A stretch of DNA of 34,894 nucleotides from Acidimicrobiia bacterium (GCA_016650415.1 JAENVU010000469.1:1-34894), one strand, 5' to 3'; positions 23,018 through 31,800 are shown, counted from the stretch's first letter. The notes: a model not told the origin generated them from the letters alone. Numbers and translations are program-made.

Positions 23018-23930
23018 CCATTCCTCCTGAACCGATGAGATCCCAGAGCACTGCCATTCGTACTGCCACTCCATTCGCCACTTGGTCCCGCACCAACGAG
23101 CGCGGACCGTCGACCACTTCGGTTGCGATTTCGGAACCGCGGATCATCGGGCCCGGGTGCATCACCAGCGCGTCGGGTTTCAACCGCTCCGCCCGGTCGA
23201 CGCTCAGCCCCCATCGGGCGTAGTACTCCCGCAAACTCGGCAGGAGTGCCCGACCGATGCGCTCCTGCTGGACCCGCAAGACGTAGACGACGTCGAGTTC
23301 ACTCAGGATGTCGTCGAGGTCGCTCGTCACCTCCACCGGCCACCCGTCGACCCGTTCGGGCATCAGCGTCGGCGGTCCGATGAGTGTGACCTGAGCCCCG
23401 AGGCGGGACCAGCACTGGATCCCGCTGCGCGCGACCCGGGAGTTGCGCACGTCGCCCACGATCCCGATCCGGGCGCCGGTGACATCACCCCGTCGGCGCC
23501 GCAACGTGAAGGCGTCGAGCAGCGCCTGGGTCGGGTGCTCATGACGACCGTCGCCGGCGTTGATCACCGAGGCGTCGATCCACCGGGCGACCCGATGGGG
23601 TGCGCCGGCCGCCGAGTGACGCACCACCATGGCGTCGATACCCATCGACTCGATCGTCTTCACCGTGTCGAGCAGGCTCTCGCCCTTCTTCACCGAGGAG
23701 GATCCTGCGGTGAACGTCATCGTGTCGGCACCGAGCCGCTTGGCCGCGGTCTCGAACGAAAGGCGCGTGCGGGTCGAGTCTTCGTAAAAGAGGCTGACGA
23801 TGGTCTTGCCCCGCAGCGCCGGAACTTTCGGGATCTCGCGACCGAGCACGTCGGACATGTACTCCGAGCCGTCGAGCAGTTCGACGATCCGGTCGCGGTC
23901 GAGATCCTCGACGGACAGCAGATGCTTCAC
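23013..23930 (-). CDS. pyrB: aspartate carbamoyltransferase catalytic subunit
   Basis: 305 aa from a GTG at 23930, with AAGAGGGGG 4 nt upstream. It has the STRTR, HPTQALLD and HPGP motifs. Confidence 0.95.
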   Translation of the reverse strand: MKHLLSVEDLDRDRIVELLDGSEYMSDVLGREIPKVPALRGKTIVSLFYEDSTRTRLSFETAAKRLGADTMTFTAGSSSVKKGESLLDTVKTIESMGIDAMVVRHSAAGAPHRVARWIDASVINAGDGRHEHPTQALLDAFTLRRRRGDVTGARIGIVGDVRNSRVARSGIQCWSRLGAQVTLIGPPTLMPERVDGWPVEVTSDLDDILSELDVVYVLRVQQERIGRALLPSLREYYARWGLSVDRAERLKPDALVMHPGPMIRGSEIATEVVDGPRSLVRDQVANGVAVRMAVLWDLIGSGGMA

Positions 23931-23934
23931 GACG

Positions 23935-24020
23935 CCCCCTCTTGGCCCTGCGGGCCGGGCCGGTCGGGCCCCACTCGGCGACCGCGGGCCATGCACATCG
24001 GGGTGGACGCCTCGTTCACT
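23935..24020 (-). repeat. intercistronic cassette copy B (pyrR stop to pyrB Shine-Dalgarno)
   Basis: Paralogue of 22932..23017. It begins at the upstream TGA stop and ends in the downstream SD. Confidence 0.9.
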
Positions 24021-24594
24021 CGTCACCTCCGTCGGGTCCCCACAACTCGATCGTGTCTTCGTCGACGTCGTCGATCTCGCGCAGCCGCACCCGGACGTCT
24101 TCGCGTTCGGCGGTGGGCAGGTTCTTGCCCACGAAGTCGGCCCGGATCGGCAACTCGCGATGGCCGCGATCGATCAGCACCGCGAGTTGGATCGAGCGCG
24201 GACGGCCGAGTTCGGTGACCGCGTCGAGCGCGGCGCGGATCGTGCGACCGGTGAAGAGGACATCGTCGACCAGCACCACGACCCGACCGGCGATGTCGAC
24301 CGGCACTTCGGTGGGCCCGAGGGGTTGGACCGGGCGCAGACCGATGTCGTCTCGATAGAACGCGACGTCGAGCGCGCCGACAGGGACCTGCACCCCCTCG
24401 AAGGATTCGATCGCTTCCGCCAACCGCTGCGCGATCTGCGGGCCCCGATGGTGCAGCCCGATCAGGACGACCTCGTGCGGGCCGTGGTTCCGCTCGACGA
24501 TCTCGTGCGCGATCCGGGTCTGGGCCCGCCGCAGATCCTCAGCGGTGAACACGCGGGTGCGGAACACTGAGTCGGGCGTGGAGAACTCGGGCAA
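24016..24594 (-). CDS. pyrR: bifunctional pyrimidine operon regulator / uracil phosphoribosyltransferase PyrR
   Basis: It has the PRPP motif [19 protein letters not shown] and the N-terminal helix [17 protein letters not shown]. The maximal ORF reaches the ATG at 24675 (219 aa). I prefer the TTG at 24594 (192 aa, the usual PyrR size) because a terminator-like hairpin plus U-tract made of rare codons occupies 24591..24618. Confidence 0.85.
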   Translation of the reverse strand: MPEFSTPDSVFRTRVFTAEDLRRAQTRIAHEIVERNHGPHEVVLIGLHHRGPQIAQRLAEAIESFEGVQVPVGALDVAFYRDDIGLRPVQPLGPTEVPVDIAGRVVVLVDDVLFTGRTIRAALDAVTELGRPRSIQLAVLIDRGHRELPIRADFVGKNLPTAEREDVRVRLREIDDVDEDTIELWGPDGGDE

Positions 24595-24618
24595 AGAAAA
24601 GCCGCCCTCTGGGGCGGC
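24591..24618 (-). terminator. intrinsic-terminator-like hairpin plus U-tract in the pyr leader (candidate attenuator)
   Basis: The minus-strand RNA is GCCGCCC-CAGA-GGGCGGC followed by UUUUCUUUG. This is a 7 bp all-GC stem with a tetraloop and an immediate U-rich tract, in a roughly 70% GC genome. Confidence 0.5.
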
Positions 24619-24687
24619 GGTCTTCTGCTTGTCGGCGGCACTCGGCGTGCCGTTGGGGCTCTCGGCCATCTTCATCCTCGTTCCGTG

Positions 24688-24705
24688 GGGACCTCACAGG
24701 ATCCC
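24688..24705 (-). promoter_or_regulatory. leader hairpin GGGAUC-CUGUGA-GGUCCC
   Basis: A 6 bp stem (including a U-G pair next to the closing C-G) with the hexaloop CUGUGA. From memory, its shape resembles the top of Bacillus PyrR binding loops (..GUC-CAGAGA-GGC..). Confidence 0.3.
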
Positions 24706-24734
24706 GGTGACGGAGTGTCATGACCGTACCACGC

Positions 24735-24763
24735 GCGCGCCGCTCGGCTTCACCGCGGCGCGC
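24735..24763. promoter_or_regulatory. 9-bp perfect inverted repeat in the pyrR / yjbR-like divergent region
   Basis: gcgcgccgc (24735..24743) and gcggcgcgc (24755..24763) are separated by 11 nt. Confidence 0.3.
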
Positions 24764-24794
24764 AAATAGTGTGGAGGGCGTGGCCCATCCGAGG

Positions 24795-25157
24795 ATGTAC
24801 TCCGACGACGACCCGTTCCTCACCGAGATCCGGGAGATCTGTCTCGCGTTCCCGGAGGCGATTGAAAAGGAGGCGTGGGGCCGGCCGACGTTCCGGGCCG
24901 GGAAGATGTTCGCGGTCTTCGCGGGCGACGACGACCACCGCTTCACCCTCGAGTTCAAACCCGACCCCGAAGATCGCGATGCCCTGATCCAGGACGCGCG
25001 CGTCTTCGTCCCGCCCTACTCGGGCGCGTCCGGGTGGCTGGCGCTCGACCTCGCCGCCGCGCCCGTCGACTGGGACGAGATCCGTGAACTCGTCGAGAGC
25101 TCCTACCGCCTCATCGCCCTCAAGCGGATGCTCAAGGACCTCGACGCTCGCACCTGA
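24795..25157 (+). CDS. MmcQ/YjbR family protein
   Basis: 120 aa from MYSDDDPFLTEIREICLAFPEA. It shows the YjbR-like pattern C-x-x-F/P-x-A...W...F...GK-F-A. The maximal ORF starts at 24720, but that extension is Arg/Ser-rich. This is the only plus-strand gene. Confidence 0.7.
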   Translation: MYSDDDPFLTEIREICLAFPEAIEKEAWGRPTFRAGKMFAVFAGDDDHRFTLEFKPDPEDRDALIQDARVFVPPYSGASGWLALDLAAAPVDWDEIRELVESSYRLIALKRMLKDLDART

Positions 25158-25181
25158 CCATCGACCTTCGGGTCAGAAGGT
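25154..25181. terminator. dyad symmetry between convergent stop codons
   Basis: Possible helices are CTGACC/GGTCAG, ACCTTC/GAAGGT and GACC-TTCG-GGTC, all overlapping the two stop codons. There is no U-tract. Confidence 0.2.
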
Positions 25182-25664
25182 CCAGCGGGTCGCGGTGGTC
25201 GGGAAGTCGGCTTCGGTCCAGGTCAGGGCAACTCGGGGCGCGAGGACGTAGAGACCGAAGTCGGCGTCGGTGAGGTCGAGGCGGATGTCGTACTTCTCGT
25301 CGTACGCGTCGACGAACACCGCCGGCAGGTCCTCCACACCGATCGTGCGGGCCGCGCCTTCGAGCACGCACACCTCGTCGCCACTCTCCAGGTGGATGAC
25401 CACTTCCGGTGAATGCGCGAGGTTGCGGGCCTTGTACGAAGTCGGGTCGGTCGAGAACCACAGCGCGCCGTCGATCCACAGCGCCCACACCGGTATCGCG
25501 TGCGGGCGTCCGTCGGGGCGCGTGCTGCACACCCAGTAGTTCCGGGCGTCGGTCAACCAGGACACGACCGTGCTCCAGGCCAGCGCGGAACCGTCGGCCG
25601 GAGCATCCCCGAGCCCGTATCCCGAGGAGACCTGCAGCGGGCCCGGTGTCGGAGTTGCGCTCAT
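25173..25664 (-). CDS. pyridoxamine 5'-phosphate oxidase family (FMN/F420-binding split-barrel) protein
   Basis: 163 aa. The pattern RPDGRPHAIPVWALWIDGALWFSTDPTSYKARNL is typical of the PPOX-class split beta-barrel. The ATG overlaps the upstream stop (ATGA). Confidence 0.7.
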   Translation of the reverse strand: MSATPTPGPLQVSSGYGLGDAPADGSALAWSTVVSWLTDARNYWVCSTRPDGRPHAIPVWALWIDGALWFSTDPTSYKARNLAHSPEVVIHLESGDEVCVLEGAARTIGVEDLPAVFVDAYDEKYDIRLDLTDADFGLYVLAPRVALTWTEADFPTTATRWTF

Positions 25665-26176
25665 TCCATGGTCTCCATCATCACGTCGAGTAGTTCGGAC
25701 TGGAGATAGCCGAGCCAGTCGAGCACCGCGAGACCGCCGGCGCGTGGATCGTCATCCGGGAGTTCCTCGAACGGATCGCGATCCTCGGTGATCCCCAGCG
25801 CGGCCCCGAACGCAAGCCGCACGTCGTTCAAGGCCGCGAGCCACTGCTCCATGCCTTCTCGATCGAGGGTGACCTCGGTCGTGCCTCGCTTCGTCCGGCC
25901 ACCGTCCAACCCCGCGACCAGCGCCTCGATCGCCGCCGACTTGGCGAGCACCAGATCCTCATGCACCACCGACTGAAAATCTCGTTCGGCGCGGTCTTCG
26001 GTCGGATCCACGTAGGCCCGGGGGAAGAGTCGATCGCGAACAGGATCGGAGCCGTGCTCGGGCACTCCCCCGGTCAGGACGGCTCGCACCTGACCGACGA
26101 GGTTCTCCAACAGCTCGACCTCGCCGGACTCGAGCGTCACCACCACGCCCCGCTTGGTCGACTTGAAGCCGCTCAT
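25661..26176 (-). CDS. DUF2017-like acidic protein (conserved ClpS neighbour in actinobacteria)
   Basis: 171 aa from [10 protein letters not shown]. It is acidic and lies immediately downstream of clpS with an ATGA overlap. The family assignment is from memory of the clpS-DUF2017 pairing. Confidence 0.6.
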   Translation of the reverse strand: MSGFKSTKRGVVVTLESGEVELLENLVGQVRAVLTGGVPEHGSDPVRDRLFPRAYVDPTEDRAERDFQSVVHEDLVLAKSAAIEALVAGLDGGRTKRGTTEVTLDREGMEQWLAALNDVRLAFGAALGITEDRDPFEELPDDDPRAGGLAVLDWLGYLQSELLDVMMETME

Positions 26177-26493
26177 CCGCGATCGCGCTCCATCGTGGCC
26201 CACAACCCGTGCGCGTGGAGCCGGGCGACGTCGATCTCCGCCTTCTCCCGCGATCCGTGCGACACCACCGACTTCCCGTCGTGGTGCACTTCCAGCATCA
26301 GCCGAGTGGCCTTCTCCCGCGAATACCCGAACAGCTTCTGGAACACATAGACCACGTAGTTCTGGAGATTGACCGGATCGTTCCACACGATCACGAGCCA
26401 CGGCGTGTCGGTGCCGACGCTGAGGTCCTCGATGGTCTCGACCGCGGGCGCCTCGATCGTGCCCGGTGCGCCCGCCGCCACGAAGCGACTCAT
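26173..26493 (-). CDS. clpS: ATP-dependent Clp protease adaptor ClpS
   Basis: 106 aa, with [31 protein letters not shown]. The ATG overlaps the nusB stop (TGATG). Confidence 0.92.
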   Translation of the reverse strand: MSRFVAAGAPGTIEAPAVETIEDLSVGTDTPWLVIVWNDPVNLQNYVVYVFQKLFGYSREKATRLMLEVHHDGKSVVSHGSREKAEIDVARLHAHGLWATMERDRG

Positions 26494-26888
26494 CAGGACG
26501 CGGCGCGCACCTGCTCGGCGATGCGCGCGAGCAGGCCGTTGACGAAGCGACCGCTGTTCTCGGTGGAGTACTGCTTGGCGAGCTCGACGGCTTCGCTGAT
26601 CACGACCGCGGTGGGCACGTCGGGTTCGTGGGTCAGCTCGAAACATCCCAAGCGCAGCACCGCCCGGTCCAGCGCGGGCATGCGATCGACCGCCCAGTGT
26701 TCGGAGTACTCGGTCAGCAGGCCGTCGAGCTCGGTGACGTTGTCTTCGACGCCCCGCACCAGCTCGACCGCGTACGCGTCGGGCGCGGCCGGGAGGCCTT
26801 CCAGCAGTTCGTCGGCGCTGATCGAGCGCACTTCACGCTCGTAGCAGAGACCCAAAGCACGTTCTCGCGATTCTCGACGGGGAGCCAC
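26493..26888 (-). CDS. nusB: transcription antitermination factor NusB
   Basis: 131 aa with a GTG start, containing [10 protein letters not shown]...[21 protein letters not shown]...ISEAVELAK. Confidence 0.93.
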   Translation of the reverse strand: MAPRRESRERALGLCYEREVRSISADELLEGLPAAPDAYAVELVRGVEDNVTELDGLLTEYSEHWAVDRMPALDRAVLRLGCFELTHEPDVPTAVVISEAVELAKQYSTENSGRFVNGLLARIAEQVRAAS

Positions 26889-26902
26889 TGCGTGTCGACC
26901 CG

Positions 26903-27463
26903 CTAGGCGCGGGTCAGGTACTCGCCCGTGCGAGTGTCGATCTTGAGCGTTTCACCGATCTCGATGAACAGCGGCACCTGGACCACCAGGCCCGTCTCCA
27001 TCGTGGCGGCCTTCCGCGCGCCCGACACTCGATCGCCCTGGATACCCGGCTCGGTCTCGGTGACGACCAACTCGACTGCGGCCGGCAGATCGCAGCCGAG
27101 CACCTCCTCGTTCCAGCTCGGCAGCACCGCGACGTCGCCCTCTTTGAGGTAGTTGACGGCATCTCCGAGTGTCTTGGTCGAGACGTTCATCTGGTCGTAG
27201 GACTGGTTGTCCATGAAGACGTAGTCGTCACCCTCGCGGTAGAGGTACTGCATCTCCCGCTTGTCGATCGTCGCATGGCCGACCTTCTCGTCCGCGCGAA
27301 ACGTCTTTTCCACCACGGCACCGGTCCGGACGTTCTTGAGCTTCGTGCGGACGAAGGCGCCGCCCTTGCCCGGCTTGACGTGCTGGAACTCCACGACCGT
27401 CATCAGACCATCGGGCAGGTTCAACGCCATGCCGTTCTTCAGATCATTGGTCGAGATCGACAT
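26903..27463 (-). CDS. efp: elongation factor P
   Basis: 186 aa, with MSISTNDLKNG and HVKPGKGGAFVRTKLKN. Confidence 0.97.
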   Translation of the reverse strand: MSISTNDLKNGMALNLPDGLMTVVEFQHVKPGKGGAFVRTKLKNVRTGAVVEKTFRADEKVGHATIDKREMQYLYREGDDYVFMDNQSYDQMNVSTKTLGDAVNYLKEGDVAVLPSWNEEVLGCDLPAAVELVVTETEPGIQGDRVSGARKAATMETGLVVQVPLFIEIGETLKIDTRTGEYLTRA

Positions 27464-27496
27464 GTACTCGTGCTCCGCTCGGATCGTTCGGGTTGG

Positions 27497-28597
27497 TCAG
27501 ACGACCAATTGCTTCGGAAACTCGGTGAGGGCCTCTGGTCCATCTGCGGTGACGACGAGCGTGTCTTCGATACGGACGCCGCCGAGGCCCGGGAGATACA
27601 CCCCCGGTTCCACTGTCACTACGTGGCCGGCCGCGAGGGTACCAGTCGAGGTCGACGCGACCCGAGGCGACTCGTGGATCTCCAACCCCACGCCATGACC
27701 GGTGCCATGGATGAACGCGTCGCCCCACCCCGCCTCCGTGATCACGTCACGGGAGGCGCGATCGACGGCAGCGCAGTCCACTCCAACTGCGACGGCGTCA
27801 CAGCCCCGACGTTGGGCATCGGCCACGGTGTCCCAGAGCCGACGGGCGTCCGGTCCGGGATCGCCGACGCTGACCGTCCGGGTCATGTCCGAGCAGTAGC
27901 CGTCGACCACACAGCCGAAGTCGATCACGACCAGTTCTCCGGGCGCGACCTGACGATCGCTGGGGCGGGCATGGGGCTTGGCGCCATTGGGCCCCGATGC
28001 CACGATCGGATCGAAGCTGACGCCGGTTGCACCCCGTTCGCGCATCGCGAACTCGAGCCGGAGTGCGAACGCCCGCTCGGTGGGTGCATCGTGCAGGCTC
28101 GGCAGCACCTCGGCGAGGGCGTCGTCGGCGATCGCACACGCGGCCCGGATGCGCTCGACCTCCCCCGCCTCCTTCACCATGCGCAGATCGTCGACCAACC
28201 CGGAGGTGGCGACGAGCTCCGCCTCGGGAAACCACTCGACGTAGCCGCGCTGTTGTGACCACGTGACCCCCTCGGCCTCGAGCCCGAGCCGCTCGACACC
28301 CGCCGCGGCCGCGGCGTCGGCGAGCGCCGCACGCTGGTCGGCCTGGGTCAGCCCGACCACGATCTCGGCCGTCACGCCGGCCTCGTGCAGCTGGTCGGCG
28401 GCCTGATCGCGATACCGGCCGTCGGTGACGAAGGTCGCGGCGTCGCCGGTGACCAGGAGGAGTGCGGCCGAACCGGTGAAGCCGGTCAGGTACCGGACGT
28501 TGACCAGTCGGGTGACGAGCAGGGCATCGATACCGTCGAATCGGGCCCGCAGCCGATCGAGGCGCGGCCCGAGATCCATCGGGGTCAGCGCGCTCAT
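27497..28597 (-). CDS. pepQ: Xaa-Pro aminopeptidase/dipeptidase (M24B)
   Basis: 366 aa from MSALTPMDLG. The metal ligands are in VIDFGCVVDGYCSDMTRT, HGTGHGVGLEIHE and VEPGVY...RIED. The ATG overlaps the aroQ stop (ATGA). The 612-aa ORF in the track is an over-extension. Confidence 0.92.
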   Translation of the reverse strand: MSALTPMDLGPRLDRLRARFDGIDALLVTRLVNVRYLTGFTGSAALLLVTGDAATFVTDGRYRDQAADQLHEAGVTAEIVVGLTQADQRAALADAAAAAGVERLGLEAEGVTWSQQRGYVEWFPEAELVATSGLVDDLRMVKEAGEVERIRAACAIADDALAEVLPSLHDAPTERAFALRLEFAMRERGATGVSFDPIVASGPNGAKPHARPSDRQVAPGELVVIDFGCVVDGYCSDMTRTVSVGDPGPDARRLWDTVADAQRRGCDAVAVGVDCAAVDRASRDVITEAGWGDAFIHGTGHGVGLEIHESPRVASTSTGTLAAGHVVTVEPGVYLPGLGGVRIEDTLVVTADGPEALTEFPKQLVV

Positions 28598-29025
28598 GCC
28601 AGCCGGCCGACTGCGGCATCGACGGCCATGCGGTACCCGGCTCGGCCGAAGCCGGCGATGGTGCCGGTGACGACCGGCGCGACCACTGAGAGCCGGCGCC
28701 ACTCTTCCCTCGCGCTCGGGTTGGAGAGATGCAGTTCGACCTTCACGCCGTCGTAGGCCGCGAGGGCGTCGGCGATCGCGTAGGAGGAATGGGTGAACGC
28801 GCCGGGGTTGATCACGATGGCATCGGCCGTTCCCCGGGCCGCGTGGATCGCCTCGATGATCTCGCCCTCGTGGTTGGACTGACGATGTTCGAACTCGTAC
28901 CCGTGACTCGCGGCGGCGGCCGCGGCGTCCCGCACGCAGTCGGCCAGCGTGTCGGTGCCGTAGATCTCCGGTTCTCGGGTACCCAAGAGGTTCAGGTTCG
29001 GCCCATCCAGCAGCAAGATCTTCAC
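28594..29025 (-). CDS. aroQ: type II 3-dehydroquinate dehydratase
   Basis: 143 aa from a GTG at 29025 (GTGA overlap with aroB), with LLLDGPNLNLLG, QSNHEGE and LSNPSAREEWR. Confidence 0.94.
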   Translation of the reverse strand: MKILLLDGPNLNLLGTREPEIYGTDTLADCVRDAAAAAASHGYEFEHRQSNHEGEIIEAIHAARGTADAIVINPGAFTHSSYAIADALAAYDGVKVELHLSNPSAREEWRRLSVVAPVVTGTIAGFGRAGYRMAVDAAVGRLA

Positions 29026-30125
29026 GTGATCGCGTCCTCTCCGGTGATACCGACGGATTCGAATGCGTACCGCAGCGCGGCAGCCGGAGGATCCTCGACC
29101 AGTTCGAGTCCGTCCGGACCGGGCAACACGAACGTGAGCCCGCCGCTCGCCTTCTTGTCGCGCGCCATGAGATCGAGGAGCCCGGCCGCCGTGGCCGATT
29201 CCGGATCCGGCACGTCGGTCGGGAGCCCCAGCGATGCCGGAATGGCCTGGAAGCGGTCGACGACATCGGTCCCGACCCGTTCGCAACCGCCGGCGAGCGC
29301 GCCGGCGAACACCAAACCGATCGCCACTGCCTCACCGTGGGTGAGCCGATGTTCGTACGCGATCTCCAGCGCGTGCGCCAGCGTGTGACCCAGATTCAGT
29401 TGCGCCCGCAGGCCCGACCGTTCGAACGGATCGGCGGCGACCACCTCGGCCTTGATCCGGACGCAGCGTTCGACGACATCGCCGAGCACGGTGGGATCCC
29501 GATCCAGGATCGCCGTGGTTCCGGTCCGCAGCACGTCGACCAATCCCGTCGGGTCGGCCACGACGTCGTACATCAGCGCGTACTTCGCCACTTCGCCGAG
29601 CCCACTGCGGAACTCCCGGGGCGGGAGCGATTGCAGCGTGTCGGTGTCGGCCACGACTCTGATCGGTTGGTGGAACGCGCCCACCAGGTTCTTCCCTTCG
29701 GGCAGATTGACGGCCGTCTTGCCGCCGATCGCAGCATCGACCATCGCGAGGAGCGTGGTCGGTGCCTGCACGATGCTGATCCCGCGGTGGTACGACGCCG
29801 CGGCGAACCCGGCGGTATCCCCCACGACACCACCGCCGAGCGCGACGACCACATCCCCGCGTAAGAGCCCCCAGCGGGCAAAGCCGCGACACAGGTCCTC
29901 GATCGTCGTCAGCGATTTCGCGTGCTCGCCGTCGCCCATCAGGAACACTTCGCTCGGCGCGGTGATCGACGCTCGGACCACGTCGCCGTATCGCTCGGCG
30001 ATACCGGCCTGACTGACGATCGCGACTCGGCGCCGGTCGGCCACGAATGCGCCGATCTCGGCCAACCGGCCCGGACCGACCGCGACGTCGTAGGCCGGAT
30101 CCAGCCCGACGGTGACCACACTCAT
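29022..30125 (-). CDS. aroB: 3-dehydroquinate synthase
   Basis: 367 aa from MSVVTVGLD, with GGGVVGDTAGFAAA and LNLGHTLAHALE. The ATG overlaps the aroK stop (ATGA). Confidence 0.94.
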   Translation of the reverse strand: MSVVTVGLDPAYDVAVGPGRLAEIGAFVADRRRVAIVSQAGIAERYGDVVRASITAPSEVFLMGDGEHAKSLTTIEDLCRGFARWGLLRGDVVVALGGGVVGDTAGFAAASYHRGISIVQAPTTLLAMVDAAIGGKTAVNLPEGKNLVGAFHQPIRVVADTDTLQSLPPREFRSGLGEVAKYALMYDVVADPTGLVDVLRTGTTAILDRDPTVLGDVVERCVRIKAEVVAADPFERSGLRAQLNLGHTLAHALEIAYEHRLTHGEAVAIGLVFAGALAGGCERVGTDVVDRFQAIPASLGLPTDVPDPESATAAGLLDLMARDKKASGGLTFVLPGPDGLELVEDPPAAALRYAFESVGITGEDAIT

Positions 30126-30652
30126 GGCGATGCCGCCTCGAAGCGACGAAGCACATCGGCGACCACGGATTCCACGGACCGGTCGGCGGTCACGACCACC
30201 GAGTCGGCCGCCGCCGTGTACGCGTCGCGACGGGCATCGGCGAGGCGAGTCAGCGTGGCGGTGGTCGGACCGGCCGCCAACAATGGGCGGGATCCGAGTC
30301 CATCGCCCTCGACACGACGCGCCAGCACCTCGGGTGGCGCATCGAGCCAGACGACATACGTGTCGGCAACGGCCCGCCGGTTGGCCGGATCCGCCATGGC
30401 TCCGCCGCCGCACGCGATCACCAGTGCTTCGGGCGCCGCGACCGCATCGGCCAGCGCCGCCCGCTCCCGCGCGCGAAATCTCTGCTCACCCTCGGACTCG
30501 AAGATCTCCGGGATCGTCATTCCGGCGTTGGCACACACCAACTCGTCGGTGTCGACGAAACCCCGACCCAACTCGTTCGCACAGCATCGGCCGACCGTGG
30601 TCTTGCCCGCGCCCATCAGGCCGATCAGCACCAGGTGGCGCGGCCCGCTCAC
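30122..30652 (-). CDS. aroK: shikimate kinase
   Basis: 176 aa, with the P-loop [13 protein letters not shown] and DTD. The GTG overlaps the aroC stop (GTGA). Confidence 0.93.
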   Translation of the reverse strand: MSGPRHLVLIGLMGAGKTTVGRCCANELGRGFVDTDELVCANAGMTIPEIFESEGEQRFRARERAALADAVAAPEALVIACGGGAMADPANRRAVADTYVVWLDAPPEVLARRVEGDGLGSRPLLAAGPTTATLTRLADARRDAYTAAADSVVVTADRSVESVVADVLRRFEAASP

Positions 30653-31800
30653 AGCGACGCGACGAACTCGCGGTGGTTGCGAGTGAACTCCGCGATCGAG
30701 TCGCCACCGAACTTGCGGAGCGCTTCGTCGGCAAGCACCAAGGCGACCATCGTCTCCGCCACCACACCTGCGGCCGGCACTGCGGTGACGTCGGTCCGCT
30801 CCTTGAACGACACCGTCGCCTCCTTGGTCGCGACGTCGACCGTCCGCAAGGTGGGGCGGTTCAAGGTCGCGAGCGGCTTCATCGACGCACGGGCCACCAG
30901 CAACGAGCCCGTCGTCATCCCGCCCTCGATACCGCCGGCGCGATCAGACGCCCGCGTGTAGCCCTCGGCGTCGCTCCAGAGAATCTCGTCGTGCGCGGCA
31001 CTCCCGCGTTCCGCGGCGACGGCACCGCCCTCACCGATCTCGACGGCCTTCATCGCCTGGATGCTCATCAGCGCCTGCGCGAGCCGGCCATCGATCCGGC
31101 GGTCCCAGTGCACGTGCGAACCGAGCCCGACGGGCACGCCGAAACCGAGGACCTCGACGACACCCCCGAGCGAGTCACCATCCTTGGCGGCGGCCTCGAT
31201 CGCACGAACCATCGCCGCCTCGGCGGCCGAATCGAAACACCGCACCGACGAATCGTCGATCCGGGCCAGATCATCGACACCCGGCCGGGGCGCACCGTCG
31301 GGAACGGCCGCGTCACCCATCCGCACAACATGAGACAGGACCGACGTCCCGAGTTCGGCCAGGAGCGCTTTCGCGAGCGTGCCCGCGGCCACTCGGGCTG
31401 CGGTCTCCCGGGCACTCGCCCGCTCCAACACATTGCGGGCGTCGTCGAAGCCGTACTTCTGCATGCCGACCAGATCCGCGTGCCCCGGTCGCGGCTGGGT
31501 CAACGGCTTCTCCGTGATGCCCGGCGCCGGCGACATCTCTTCCTGCCACTTCGGCCACTCGGTGTTGTGAATCACGATCGACACCGGAGAGCCGAGCGTC
31601 GATCCGTGGCGGATGCCGCCGAGCAACTCGACGTCGTCGCGTTCGAAGCGCATGCGGGGTCCGCGTCCGAATCCGAGCCGGCGACGCGCCAGCTCGTCGC
31701 CGATCTGATCGACGGTGATGGACAGACCGGCCGGGAGGCCTTCGACGACGACCACCAGGGCCGGGCCGTGTGATTCCCCGGCCGTGAGGTAGCGCAGCAT
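30649..31800 (-). CDS. aroC: chorismate synthase
   Basis: 383 aa, with [13 protein letters not shown] and [15 protein letters not shown]-like segments. Confidence 0.96.
   Translation of the reverse strand: MLRYLTAGESHGPALVVVVEGLPAGLSITVDQIGDELARRRLGFGRGPRMRFERDDVELLGGIRHGSTLGSPVSIVIHNTEWPKWQEEMSPAPGITEKPLTQPRPGHADLVGMQKYGFDDARNVLERASARETAARVAAGTLAKALLAELGTSVLSHVVRMGDAAVPDGAPRPGVDDLARIDDSSVRCFDSAAEAAMVRAIEAAAKDGDSLGGVVEVLGFGVPVGLGSHVHWDRRIDGRLAQALMSIQAMKAVEIGEGGAVAAERGSAAHDEILWSDAEGYTRASDRAGGIEGGMTTGSLLVARASMKPLATLNRPTLRTVDVATKEATVSFKERTDVTAVPAAGVVAETMVALVLADEALRKFGGDSIAEFTRNHREFVASL

Noticed and set aside
22927-23998. The 22-23 codon ORFs (MCMARGRRVG..) inside the two pyr cassettes as genuine peptide genes
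   Set aside because: The Arg/Gly/Pro-rich composition is what random GC-rich sequence encodes. The GAGG is 11 nt from the ATG, and conservation of the frame follows automatically from 93% nucleotide identity. I kept this only as an alternative coupling-uORF idea under the cassette finding.
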